From Thermoplasmata archaeon (GTDB lineage: Archaea > Thermoplasmatota > Thermoplasmata > Lutacidiplasmatales > UBA184): DNA of 64,000 bases. Location of the stretch: positions 8,057 through 72,056 of the forward strand of contig JBKQNC010000013.1 in the NCBI GenBank assembly GCA_052326445.1. The letters run 5' to 3'. The position numbers and the translations under genes are program-made. Shown piece after piece: positions 17,369-26,571 of the stretch (the first letter of the stretch is position 1; every line of letters starts with the position of its first letter). The notes beneath the pieces were generated by a model, which ran no database searches, was not told the origin of the DNA, and worked only from the letters and a program-made list of their open reading frames with translations.

Positions 17369-18277
17369 GTGCGGATCCGGGACTTGAGCCGTCCCCCGTT
17401 GACCGAATGGACCCCTCCGATCGGGGCGATGGGAGGGCCCCCGGCCCACGAACTATACCGGGACCTGGTCGCCCACGGTGGCTTGCGCCTTCTCAAAGAC
17501 CGCGACGGGAGTCCCTGGGTGGAGTTGCAAGACGGCGAACGCCGTCACCGTTTCCCCGTCCCCGGAAACGCGCTCCGTGGCGCTCTGGACCGATTCCGGA
17601 TGCGTCGAAACCTCCGCCCGGTCCCCGAGGGGGACCTCGACGATTTTGCGCGAGTGGTCCTCGCTCGAGTTTCGGACCCGGACGTGCGACTCCCGAGCGT
17701 CGACCCCACCGTCCCGGAAGGGGAGGCGGCGCCCGACAATAGCAGCGGGCCGGAGAACCTTCCTGACGAAGTTTCCGAGGAGACGGTCGAGGACGACCCG
17801 GGCGACAGCCGGCTCGAGCGAGAGCTCGAGGCAGTCCTGGCCGAAGTGCGCGCGGTCCGGGAAGGCCCCCAGCCGTCAACGCCTCGCTGGTACCTGGTCG
17901 GTCCCGGGCCCACTGCGGCTCCTCGATCGTTCCCCGTGCCCCACCCGCTGCCCACACCGGACTTCTCGATCTCGGGAGGGCAGCAGGGCGCCTCCAACGG
18001 CGACGTCACGCTGCCGAAATACCTCCACGTGCTCCGAACCCTCGTAGAAGGGGGCGGCTGGCTCGGCACGTTGGGCGAATTGGGAGAGCTCACGGGAGAG
18101 GAACCGGAGGTCGTGTACGACACACTCTTGCGGTACCATTCCGACCTGACCGGCAACAACTTGGTCGTCGCCCCCGTCGAGCTCGAGGACGGCTGGCGCT
18201 GGTTGGTCGTCGACCGCAACCGTCTACGGTCCTCGCCATCCGCCGAAGGACCGATGCCGGGCCCGGACGGACCGTAG
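17369..18277 (+). CDS. Hypothetical protein: two folded domains joined by an acidic/Pro-rich linker
   Basis: Long ORF with coding-like codon bias; start uncertain (ATG 17429 plausible). Confidence 0.7.
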   Translation: MRIRDLSRPPLTEWTPPIGAMGGPPAHELYRDLVAHGGLRLLKDRDGSPWVELQDGERRHRFPVPGNALRGALDRFRMRRNLRPVPEGDLDDFARVVLARVSDPDVRLPSVDPTVPEGEAAPDNSSGPENLPDEVSEETVEDDPGDSRLERELEAVLAEVRAVREGPQPSTPRWYLVGPGPTAAPRSFPVPHPLPTPDFSISGGQQGASNGDVTLPKYLHVLRTLVEGGGWLGTLGELGELTGEEPEVVYDTLLRYHSDLTGNNLVVAPVELEDGWRWLVVDRNRLRSSPSAEGPMPGPDGP

Positions 18278-18383
18278 TCCCGGCCGACCCCCTCGAACGC
18301 TCCCGGACGCGTTTGAGTCGACCTTTTCTCTTCCGTCTCGGTGGCGAATCCTACGGGCCGGCCGGGCGCCGAACGAGGCAAGC

Positions 18384-18923
18384 ATGGTGGATTTCGAGAA
18401 TGTGGCTCTATGGACGACCGTTGCAACCTGGGTGCTGGCGGTCGGGACCCTGGTCGTGCTCTACTGGCAAACCCGACAGGCCGGTCAGCTGCACTCGTCG
18501 AATGCCGTCATGGACCTCCGAGACAAGTTCGACACCCCGCGGATGCGCCGGATCCGACGCCTGACGAGCGCGGTCCTCTTGAAGCATGCCGAGGCCGATG
18601 CCGCGAACCTCGAGGTCCCGATCTTCTTCGAGCTGATCGGAGCCCAGACGAAGCGCAAGATCCTCGACGAGGAGATGGTGTGGGAGGCCTTCGGTGGCTG
18701 GATCACCAGCTACTACCACGGGATGCGCAACCCGATCGACCGCATCCAGAAGCTCCGGGAGGCGGCCCACGACCCGCTCTTGCTCGCGAAATTCGAGTGG
18801 TTGAACGACCGGATCACGACCCTCGACCGAAAGGCGCTCGGGAGCGAGTACCCCTCCTCGGTCGTCGCGTTCGAGGAGGCCGGGCTCCTCCTGCAGCGCG
18901 AGACGAAGCTCGAGACGGAGTGA
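18384..18923 (+). CDS. DUF4760-like protein with N-terminal TM
   Basis: TM ending YWQTR, then helical domain with FFELIG...KILDEEMV...FEWL. Confidence 0.65.
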   Translation: MVDFENVALWTTVATWVLAVGTLVVLYWQTRQAGQLHSSNAVMDLRDKFDTPRMRRIRRLTSAVLLKHAEADAANLEVPIFFELIGAQTKRKILDEEMVWEAFGGWITSYYHGMRNPIDRIQKLREAAHDPLLLAKFEWLNDRITTLDRKALGSEYPSSVVAFEEAGLLLQRETKLETE

Positions 18924-19038
18924 CCGACCCCTCGAAGGCATTGGGTGGACCCGGGATCGTTTCGAAATCCCTCTGGGGAGCCCCTTTCAGGGCCCCCCAC
19001 GGGGAAAGCATCAAGGCCCGGAGCCCCTGCGCCGGGGC

Positions 19039-19569
19039 ATGCTTCCGGCGACCTCCTTCCAGCTGAAGGACGGCCGGTCCGGCCAGGTACGCGCGGCCGT
19101 CGCGGGCGACGCCCAAGCGATCACCGACCTCGTCAACTTGGTCGGGGCGGAAGAGAAGTTCATCCTGAGGGAGCGGTCCACTTGGACAGTCGAGGAAGAG
19201 CAAAGGACCCTCAGCGCCGCGGACGGTAAGGCCAGCGCCTTTTTCGCGGCCGAGGTCGAGGGGCGCCTGGTCGGGATGCTCGCGCTCGCTCGGGGACCGT
19301 GGACCAAGAACGCCCACGTGGCCGACCTCACGATCTCCTGCCTCCCGGCGTTCCGTGGCCTGGGCGTGGGGACAGCGCTGATGGGCCAAGGTATCGCGTG
19401 GGCCCGCGCCGTCGGGATCCGCAAGATCACCTTGTGCGTCTTCGCGAGCAACGAGGGGGCCATCGCCCTCTACCGCCGGATGGGCTTCTCCGAAGAGGGG
19501 CGTCTCCAGGATCAGTTCCTGATCGCAGGACGATTCGTGGACGACGTTCTCATGGCCCGGTGGCTCTGA
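19039..19569 (+). CDS. GNAT family N-acetyltransferase
   Basis: FRGLGVGTALM, VFASNEGAIALYRRMGFSEEG. Confidence 0.93.
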   Translation: MLPATSFQLKDGRSGQVRAAVAGDAQAITDLVNLVGAEEKFILRERSTWTVEEEQRTLSAADGKASAFFAAEVEGRLVGMLALARGPWTKNAHVADLTISCLPAFRGLGVGTALMGQGIAWARAVGIRKITLCVFASNEGAIALYRRMGFSEEGRLQDQFLIAGRFVDDVLMARWL

Positions 19570-20017
19570 CGCCCGGTCGGTTCGGGTCGGCAGGGATCTC
19601 CCCGGGTCGGGTCTCCTCCAAGAACTCTTTGTCCTCCCACATGTCGTACGCGATCGCCACGGCGGCCATCTGCGTGATGATGCCAAACGCCGTCGTGACA
19701 TGCACGAGGAGGATGAGATTCCACATGGTCACGCCGGCGAAAACCGACCAGGCAGCGCCAACATTGAAGACGAGCAGCGGTCCCAGGACGGCCATCAGAA
19801 CCGCCATGGACAACGTGGCGAAGACGATCCGCTTGATCCGCCCCGGGACCGTGGTCCGGCGCAGTTCGCGGTAGTTGTAGTACGCGAGTCCCACGATGAG
19901 GAATCCGAGGAGGTAGTGGCCGTAGAGGACCCAAGGGTGTCCCTGGTGGACCATGGCCAAGAGGAATTCGAGGAAAACGACCCAGATCGCCCCGTAGAGA
20001 GCCGCCCAGAGACGCAT
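19550..20017 (-). CDS. Hypothetical 4-TM membrane protein
   Basis: Four hydrophobic helices, two with His; ends AYDMWEDKEF... Confidence 0.75.
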   Translation of the reverse strand: MRLWAALYGAIWVVFLEFLLAMVHQGHPWVLYGHYLLGFLIVGLAYYNYRELRRTTVPGRIKRIVFATLSMAVLMAVLGPLLVFNVGAAWSVFAGVTMWNLILLVHVTTAFGIITQMAAVAIAYDMWEDKEFLEETRPGEIPADPNRPGVRATGP

Positions 20018-20168
20018 GCGAGGGCCCCAACTGCCGACCGACCCGGGGGCGGGTCAAGTCTCCGTCCATTTCGATTGACCTGCCACCTCCGTGACCCTCG
20101 GAGCGGCGGAGCCCGGCCCCCCGGCTCAAGCGTTAAGCGCCGGACGCTTTCCGCGGGGGGGGGCAGTC

Positions 20169-21230
20169 GTGCGCGCGTTTGTCAAGACCCGACGGGCTCC
20201 CGGAGGCGACCTCTTGACGGTGCCGGATCCCACTCCCAAGGACGGGGAGGTTCTGGTGGCCGTTCGGGCCGCGTCGGTCTGCGGCACGGACGTCCATATC
20301 TGGGAGTGGAATGACTGGGCGCAGAACCGCATTCAGCGGTTGCCGCTGGTCCTGGGGCACGAGCTCAGCGGGGAGGTCGTGAAGCTCGGGGCCGGTGTCA
20401 AGAGCCTGGCGGTCGGAGACCACGTCTCGGCCGAGACCCATATCGCGGACGGCACGTGCTACCAGTGCCGGACCGGGCGCATGCACATCTGCGAGAATGT
20501 CCAGGTCCTTGGGGTGGACCGGGACGGGATCTTCGCCGAGTACGCGGTCCTCCCGGAACTCAACGCATGGCGGAACGATCCTGGCCTCGACCCTGCCCTC
20601 GCCTCCATCCAAGAACCCCTTGGCAACGCGGTCCACTCGCTGCTTCCCGAGGAAAACGTCGAAGACCTGGCGGGAAAGAGCGTGCTGATCACCGGCTGTG
20701 GCCCCATCGGACTTCTCGCAATCGTGGTCGCCAAGTCGTTCGGCGCGACCAACGTCATCGCGACCGAGGTGAACCGGGTTCGGTTCGACCTCGCCAAGAA
20801 GATGGGGGCCGACCTCGTCCTCAACCCGCGCGACGAGGGCGCGGGACTCGTGAAGCGCATCCACGACGCGACCGACGGGCGCGGCGTGGACGTCGCGACC
20901 GAGATGTCCGGCTATCCCGGCTCCCTGCCGCTGGTCTTCGACGCGCTCCGACCCGGAGGTCGGGTCTCCCTCTTGGGCCTGTTCGATGGCCCGGTGTCCC
21001 TCAACTTCAACGATGCGGTCATCTTCAAGGCGGCCCGGATCCACGGGATCTTCGGCCGCCGGATGTTCGACACATGGTACACCGTCGCCGGGCTCCTGAA
21101 GAGCCCCGCCTTCCGAGAGAAGATGGGCGCCATCATCACGCATCGGGTACCGATCCCCGAACTCGCGCGCGCCATGCAGCTGATCGAATCCGGAGAGGCG
21201 GCCAAAGTGTCGCTCCTCGCCACGTGGTGA
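20169..21230 (+). CDS. tdh: L-threonine 3-dehydrogenase
   Basis: VCGTDVHIWEWNDWA, GHELSGEV, VSAETHI, QEPLGNAVH, GCGPIG, GIFGRRMFDTWY; adjacent to kbl. Confidence 0.92.
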   Translation: MRAFVKTRRAPGGDLLTVPDPTPKDGEVLVAVRAASVCGTDVHIWEWNDWAQNRIQRLPLVLGHELSGEVVKLGAGVKSLAVGDHVSAETHIADGTCYQCRTGRMHICENVQVLGVDRDGIFAEYAVLPELNAWRNDPGLDPALASIQEPLGNAVHSLLPEENVEDLAGKSVLITGCGPIGLLAIVVAKSFGATNVIATEVNRVRFDLAKKMGADLVLNPRDEGAGLVKRIHDATDGRGVDVATEMSGYPGSLPLVFDALRPGGRVSLLGLFDGPVSLNFNDAVIFKAARIHGIFGRRMFDTWYTVAGLLKSPAFREKMGAIITHRVPIPELARAMQLIESGEAAKVSLLATW

Positions 21231-21236
21231 AGGGGT

Positions 21237-22430
21237 ATGCGAGATCCCTCCTCGTTCCTCCGGACCGAATACGACGAACTGGTCCGTGCGGACCTCGACT
21301 GGAAGCTTCGGCTCCTTGGGGGCCCGAGCACGCCCTGGTCGATCGTCGACGGCAAGAAGGTCCTGATGTTCTGCTCGAACAACTACCTCGGCCTCAGCAA
21401 CCATCCGGCCCTGAAGGAGGCGGCCCTCGAGGCGATCCGGACCCACGGCGCGGGCTCGGGCTCGGTCCGACCGATCGCCGGCAACATGGACCTTCACGTC
21501 GAGCTCGAGCGTCGTCTCGCCCGGTTCAAGGGGGCCGAGGCGTCCCTCGTCTACCAGTCCGGATTCGCCACCAACAGCGGCCTCATTCCGCAGCTGGTCG
21601 GCGAAGGTGACCTCGTGATCAGTGACGAGCTGAACCACGGCAGCATCATCGACGGGGTCCGGCTCTCCCGGGCCGAACGCGGGGTCTACAAGCACGCGGA
21701 CACGGCCGACCTCGAGCGGGTCCTCGCCGAGGCGGAGCGGCATGCTCCGGCGTACCGCCGCCTCCTCATCATCACCGACGGCGTTTTCTCGATGGACGGG
21801 GACATCGCGCCCCTCGACCGCATCGCCGCCCTCGGCAAGCAGCACGGGGCGATGGTCTATGTCGACGACGCGCACGGGGAAGGGGTCCTGGGCGAAGGCG
21901 GACGCGGGGTGGTCTCCCACTTCCATCTCTCGCGGGACGAGGTCCAGGTCGAGATGGGTACGTTTTCGAAGGCGTTCGGGGTCGTGGGGGGCCACATCTC
22001 CGGCTCTCGAGACCTCGTGAACTTCGCGTACAACAAGTCCCGGACCTGGCTCCTGAGCGGCTCGCACCCTCCAGCCACGGCGGCGGCGTGCCTCGCCGCG
22101 ATCGACGTGCTCGAGCGCGAGCCGGAACATGTGCGGCGCCTCTGGGAGCACACCCGCCGGTTCAAGAAATCCATGGCCGACCTCGGCTTCGACCTGGGTC
22201 GGAGCGAGACTCCGATCACACCCGTGATCGTGAAGGAGAGCACCCTCGCGAAACGGCTCAGCCAACGACTGTTCGAGCTCGGCGTCTTCGCCCTTCCGAT
22301 CGTCTACCCGATGGTCGCCAAGGACAAGGCGCGGATCCGGACGATCATGAACGCTGCCCTGACGGCCGAGGACGTCGAGTTCGCCACGGCCGCGTTCGCG
22401 AAGGCCGGAAAGGAACTGGCCATCATCTAG
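21237..22430 (+). CDS. kbl: Glycine C-acetyltransferase (2-amino-3-ketobutyrate CoA ligase)
   Basis: FCSNNYLGL, SDELNHGSIIDG, TDGVFSMDG, VDDAHG, GTFSKAFG; in an operon with tdh. Confidence 0.9.
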   Translation: MRDPSSFLRTEYDELVRADLDWKLRLLGGPSTPWSIVDGKKVLMFCSNNYLGLSNHPALKEAALEAIRTHGAGSGSVRPIAGNMDLHVELERRLARFKGAEASLVYQSGFATNSGLIPQLVGEGDLVISDELNHGSIIDGVRLSRAERGVYKHADTADLERVLAEAERHAPAYRRLLIITDGVFSMDGDIAPLDRIAALGKQHGAMVYVDDAHGEGVLGEGGRGVVSHFHLSRDEVQVEMGTFSKAFGVVGGHISGSRDLVNFAYNKSRTWLLSGSHPPATAAACLAAIDVLEREPEHVRRLWEHTRRFKKSMADLGFDLGRSETPITPVIVKESTLAKRLSQRLFELGVFALPIVYPMVAKDKARIRTIMNAALTAEDVEFATAAFAKAGKELAII

Positions 22431-22511
22431 TCGGTCGGCACGTCCTTTCACGGTTGAGGTGGCCCGTTCGTCTCCCCCCGTCTTGGGGACTCTCCGAGGC
22501 CGGTTCCCGGA

Positions 22512-23597
22512 CTAGGACTTTCGTCCCTCGGCTTCGGTCCGTGCGAGTTGCGCTCCCTGGACCATCGCCTGGAGCTTGGCGTAGGCGACGTTCAGGCTGC
22601 GGGTCCGGAGGCCGCAGTCCGGGTTGACCCAGATCTTCGAAGGGTCTCCGAGGTACTTCGCCGCGCGTCCGATGCGTTCGGCCACCAGCTCGGGCGTTTC
22701 CAGGGTGTCCCGATGAACGTCCACGACGCCGAGCCCGATCGACCGGGTGTCGGAGTACTCGCGCAAGACCTTCAGGACCTCGTATCCGTCGTGCCCGTCC
22801 GCGTCGCGGTTCGCGAACTCCCAGGCCCACTGCCGGCAGGCCTTGGCCTCGAGGAGGGCCGGGAGGAGGTCCTGGTAGCGGGAGTAGCAGATGTGCATCG
22901 AAAACTCGGCGTCCAGTCCCTGGGTCGCCTCGTTGAACCCTTCCACCACGAGCGGGGCCTCGTCCGGGTGGGTCCCCGCGGCCGGTTCGTCGATCTGGAT
23001 CACCCGGCATCCATGCTCGATCAGGCTGCGGAGGGTAGGTCGCAGGATTTTCCGGGCCAGGTCGACCACGAGCTCTCGCTGGGCGGCCCGGCGCTGGGCG
23101 CGTCCCTTCCACCCCGGTTGGCGCGCGAGATAGTACTCGTTGTAGCTCCAATCGGCAAGGGTGTAGGGGCCGGTGATCGGCAGTTTGACCGCGACCCGGG
23201 CGTGGTCGCGGACGAAGTCGTACTCCTCGAGATGGTAGGGCGCGATGAGGTCGACCCGGTCGACCACCGTACCCTTCCGATAGTACTTCGAATCCCAGGA
23301 ACGAACGTGCCCCTGGAACTCGACGCCGGTCATCTGGCGGACGGCGTACTCGTACATCTCGACCCGACGGGCCTCCCCGTCGTAGACTCGGTCGAGGCCC
23401 GCCGTCTCGAGGTACGTGATCGCAAACGCGGCCCGCAGGCTTTGCAGCGTCGCGACGTCGGGGTGGCGAAGTACCTCCTCCGGGACCGGCCCGAGGCGAG
23501 AGAGGAAGTGGAGGCGACCCTCCCACTCCCCGAGCGCATCGAGCGAGGGTTTCTGAAGACTGCCGATCTCCTGGGCGGGAAACAGGCGGGGGCTCAT
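22512..23597 (-). CDS. metE: Cobalamin-independent methionine synthase, catalytic (C-terminal-like) subunit of split MetE
   Basis: IGSL, DGEARR, TGPYTL, QIDEPA, zinc ligands HIC / E / NPDCGL; ATG 23597. Confidence 0.9.
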   Translation of the reverse strand: MSPRLFPAQEIGSLQKPSLDALGEWEGRLHFLSRLGPVPEEVLRHPDVATLQSLRAAFAITYLETAGLDRVYDGEARRVEMYEYAVRQMTGVEFQGHVRSWDSKYYRKGTVVDRVDLIAPYHLEEYDFVRDHARVAVKLPITGPYTLADWSYNEYYLARQPGWKGRAQRRAAQRELVVDLARKILRPTLRSLIEHGCRVIQIDEPAAGTHPDEAPLVVEGFNEATQGLDAEFSMHICYSRYQDLLPALLEAKACRQWAWEFANRDADGHDGYEVLKVLREYSDTRSIGLGVVDVHRDTLETPELVAERIGRAAKYLGDPSKIWVNPDCGLRTRSLNVAYAKLQAMVQGAQLARTEAEGRKS

Positions 23598-24577
23598 CTC
23601 ATTCCCTCCCGGAGGAGCGCGTGCCGCACGTCGGCGAGGCGGAGGAGCTTCTGCTCTGCGGGTCGGGCCGGAAGTAGGTCGATGGGAGCCCCCGGCCCCA
23701 GCCAGACGCTCGAGGACGGGCGCCGATGCAGGGCTTCCCGAACGACCTCGACGGTCTCGCCGAGCGCCTCCGGGAGCGTGGTCCGCGGGTCGACGATCCC
23801 CAACCCGAGGCCGAGCCGGACGGGGCCCGGGCGAAGGGTCTCGGGCTCGGTGTCCGTGAGGTCGATCCCGACTACCGATACGGGGAGCTGGTCGAGGAGG
23901 GGAAACGCGGGGCCGGCCGAAGCGCCGAACGTCCAGACCACGGTGGTGGCCGAGGGATTCGAATCTGCGATCGAGGCGTACGCCGTGAGCACTCCGTCGC
24001 GGACGGGACCCTCGGGCGGTTGGGTCACGAGGATCGGGTCGCTGAACTGGAAGACCCGGAACCCCAGCCCGCTCAACTCCCGGACCTCCTCGGCAAAGAG
24101 CCGGCCGAGCGTGCGAAGTACCTCGGCGTCGGAGGCCCCCGAACGATTCTCGAGGACCTTCGCAAGGGTGTACGGGCCGGGCAGGATTACCCGGGCCGCG
24201 GGGGCCCTCGCGGCGAGGGGTGGGGGGAGGCGGGCGGCGATCGCCCCTGGGGTGCGGCCGGGGAGGGCGGAGAGGACCGGCTGCCGGAAGAAGGTGTTGG
24301 TCTCCAACCATCGCGTGAGCGGTCCGACGCTGAACCCCGTCCAGGTCTCCGCGATCGGGCGGAACATGTCGTTCCATCGTAGGTAGCCCCCCGTCACGTT
24401 CGTGAAGAGCCGCTCCTCGAGGGTCACGAGCTCGTTCTCCGCCTCTGCGTACGCCTTTTCAACGAGCTCGGGCGTGGTCCGCCGCCGGTCGAGGTCGCGC
24501 GTGGCGGCGACCAGGCGTTCGGAACGCGGGAACGGCGAGGTCAGCCCGGCGTAGACCGACCCTTCCGGTGTCGTCAC
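23594..24577 (-). CDS. Split MetE, non-catalytic N-terminal-like (folate-binding) subunit
   Basis: FPR, GYLRWND, LTRWLETNTFFRQP, GPYTLA, LGIVD; no Zn-ligand Cys; GTG 24577; overlaps both neighbours by 4 nt. Confidence 0.8.
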   Translation of the reverse strand: MTTPEGSVYAGLTSPFPRSERLVAATRDLDRRRTTPELVEKAYAEAENELVTLEERLFTNVTGGYLRWNDMFRPIAETWTGFSVGPLTRWLETNTFFRQPVLSALPGRTPGAIAARLPPPLAARAPAARVILPGPYTLAKVLENRSGASDAEVLRTLGRLFAEEVRELSGLGFRVFQFSDPILVTQPPEGPVRDGVLTAYASIADSNPSATTVVWTFGASAGPAFPLLDQLPVSVVGIDLTDTEPETLRPGPVRLGLGLGIVDPRTTLPEALGETVEVVREALHRRPSSSVWLGPGAPIDLLPARPAEQKLLRLADVRHALLREGMR

Positions 24578-25521
24578 CGGGACCTCGGGGGCTCGACCAG
24601 GGAGGAGGAACGGGGCGCAGGAAGCACGGCACTGAACTCTGTTGCCAGGTCCGTTGCACTCGCCCGGTGACGGGCCGAAACCTGCTCGACGCTGACCCCG
24701 AGCGGTACCCCGGACGAACTGGTCGCCGTGACGACCGCGGTCCAGACACTGAGCGCCAGCTCCACGGTCCGGCGAGAGAGCGCCTGCTCTTCTTGAAGAA
24801 GCGCCTGCTCGACCTCTTCGGGCAAGTTTGCACCCAGCCACCGTACGAATTCGATGTCGTCATCGTCGCCCAACGGGGCAAAGCTCAGCACGACGGTCGC
24901 CGGGGCGATTTGAACCTCCCGACAGAGTCGGCCGTACTCCCGCAGTACTTCGATGACTCCCTCGGCCTCGAAGAGGAGCTGGGTCGTGAGGAACGTGGCG
25001 CCCGCCTGGGTCTTCCGGAGCATGCGGCCGGCCTCACCGGACCGATGGGGGATCGAGATGTTGCCGAGTTCCCCCCCGACCGAATCGAGGATCGGCCGGA
25101 CCGTCCGGTCGGCCTCTTCCACCGCTGGGCCGGGATACGGGATGCGGCTGCTGGACCCGCCCACCAAGACCACGTTCCGGACTCCCATTCGGACGGTCCG
25201 CTCCGCCCACTCGCGTAGGGCGCCGGCCGTCGGAAAGTGGGCTACGACTTTGGTGACGATGCCCGGATGGCCTGTGCGGCTGGTGACGTGGACCGCGTAC
25301 TCCCGTGGGTCGTACGACCGGTACCGCGGGCGGCCCTCGTGGTTCTCGTCCACCAGTTCCGGGACGTAGACCGCGTCGACGCGGGGCAGCTTGAGGAGAA
25401 TGCTGGCGGTCTCGTCCACGCGCTCCGCGATGCGGTGGGCGGGACTCCTCAGGGAGGGCAGCACCGGCGCAAAGAACAGGGGATGGTCGAGCAGCGCCTC
25501 GTGGAGAGCGCGTCGGGTCAT
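24574..25521 (-). CDS. Methylenetetrahydrofolate reductase, mycobacterial (Rv2172c-like) type
   Basis: VPELVDEN..GRP, VVLVGG, IPHRSGEAGRMLRKTQAGATFLTTQLLF, VLSF...WL; first gene of the met operon; ATG 25521. Confidence 0.75.
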   Translation of the reverse strand: MTRRALHEALLDHPLFFAPVLPSLRSPAHRIAERVDETASILLKLPRVDAVYVPELVDENHEGRPRYRSYDPREYAVHVTSRTGHPGIVTKVVAHFPTAGALREWAERTVRMGVRNVVLVGGSSSRIPYPGPAVEEADRTVRPILDSVGGELGNISIPHRSGEAGRMLRKTQAGATFLTTQLLFEAEGVIEVLREYGRLCREVQIAPATVVLSFAPLGDDDDIEFVRWLGANLPEEVEQALLQEEQALSRRTVELALSVWTAVVTATSSSGVPLGVSVEQVSARHRASATDLATEFSAVLPAPRSSSLVEPPRSR

Positions 25522-25643
25522 TGGGCGTTCAACCTTCCCACCCGAACGGCGCACCGGAACGATCGCTCCGGGCCCTCCCGACGACGCCCCTGTCGAACAC
25601 GCTCGTTCTTCCGCGATGCCACAGAGGTTACCCCCGGGGTCAG

Positions 25644-25715
25644 TGGACACGGGGGGATTTGAACCCCCGACCTCTGCTTTGCGAAAGCAGCGATCTTCCG
25701 CTGATCTACGTGCCC
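25644..25715 (-). tRNA. tRNA-Ala (CGC)
   Basis: GGGCACG...CGTGTCCA acceptor with G3:U70; anticodon arm CTGCT-TTCGCAA-AGCAG; T-arm GGGGG-TTCAAAT-CCCCC; no encoded CCA. Confidence 0.95.
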
Positions 25716-25740
25716 AGCGGCGCGGGGATGACGGCCCCAT

Positions 25741-25748
25741 CTTAAGGG
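25741..25748 (-). promoter_or_regulatory. Archaeal TATA-like box of tRNA-Ala
   Basis: CCCTTAAG about 26-33 nt upstream of the tRNA 5' end, the only AT-rich patch there. Confidence 0.6.
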
Positions 25749-25788
25749 CTTCTGCGAGGCCCTCGGCGACCGACCGTGGCCCGCGGGC

Positions 25789-26403
25789 CTAATTCGCAAG
25801 GACGGCGATCGGGCTGGTCCGGGTCTGGGTCGGGTTGGTCCCCTTCGAGCTCTTCGTCGTGCCGGACGTCGGGGGCGGTGCCGCCGGTGCCGAAGGGGGC
25901 GGAGGTCGGGAGCTCGTGGTGGACTTGGCGGCCGGGCGCTGCGTCGCGATCAGACGGTGCTCGTCCGCGTCGTACCGGAACAACTCCGCGTATCGTCCCC
26001 AGTTGACGATGTTCTGGACCGCCTCTTCCAGCGGGGCTTGAGCGAGCGATACGATCTGGCCGAGTTCCTCATCCGAGAGCTGGTGGCCGGGCGCCCCGTC
26101 GAGGGCCCGCAACAGCGTGCGGAACAGGGTCGTCTTCCGGAGTTGGTCCCGGAGGAGCGCCTTCCGGTCGCGGATCGAGAGGGCGAGGAACTTCTTGCCC
26201 GTCTCGGTCAGCGTGGCCCGTCCATCCTGGACCTTCATGAACTGCAGGACCTCGGCGTAGTCGACCGAGGGGAGGATCTCATCGGCCTCGAGGTCTAGGT
26301 CCTCCGCGAGCCGAGCGATATCCTCGGCGCCGGCGTGCGAGTTCAGCAGCACGAGCAGACCCATCATCTCGGTCGGGCTGCACTTCGGATAAGTGGTCGG
26401 CAC
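25789..26403 (-). CDS. Stand-alone AAA-associated C-terminal domain protein (NitT/TauT ABC ATPase tail-like, wHTH)
   Basis: GLL..L...EDIARLAEDL.LE.DEILP..D.AEVL...LTETGKKF...IVNWGRYAELFRYD; GTG 26403 downstream of AAAATCCTTATA. Confidence 0.75.
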   Translation of the reverse strand: MPTTYPKCSPTEMMGLLVLLNSHAGAEDIARLAEDLDLEADEILPSVDYAEVLQFMKVQDGRATLTETGKKFLALSIRDRKALLRDQLRKTTLFRTLLRALDGAPGHQLSDEELGQIVSLAQAPLEEAVQNIVNWGRYAELFRYDADEHRLIATQRPAAKSTTSSRPPPPSAPAAPPPTSGTTKSSKGTNPTQTRTSPIAVLAN

Positions 26404-26571
26404 GTACGTTTCCGAGGGGATATGGGACCAGAGGCCGTCCCTATAAGGATTTTTCAAGGGATGATTTCCGGACGAATCCCGCGTCCCTGCATCGAGCGCC
26501 GTGGTCTTCTTCGGTCGAATGTCTCTCGGCCCACCAGGCCATCACGACCGATCGCGCGGGCGCCTGTCTAG

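Noticed and set aside
25522-25643. Assignment of the met leader to a known SAM riboswitch class
   Set aside because: Could not match SAM-I/II/IV consensus elements; kept only as an unclassified candidate
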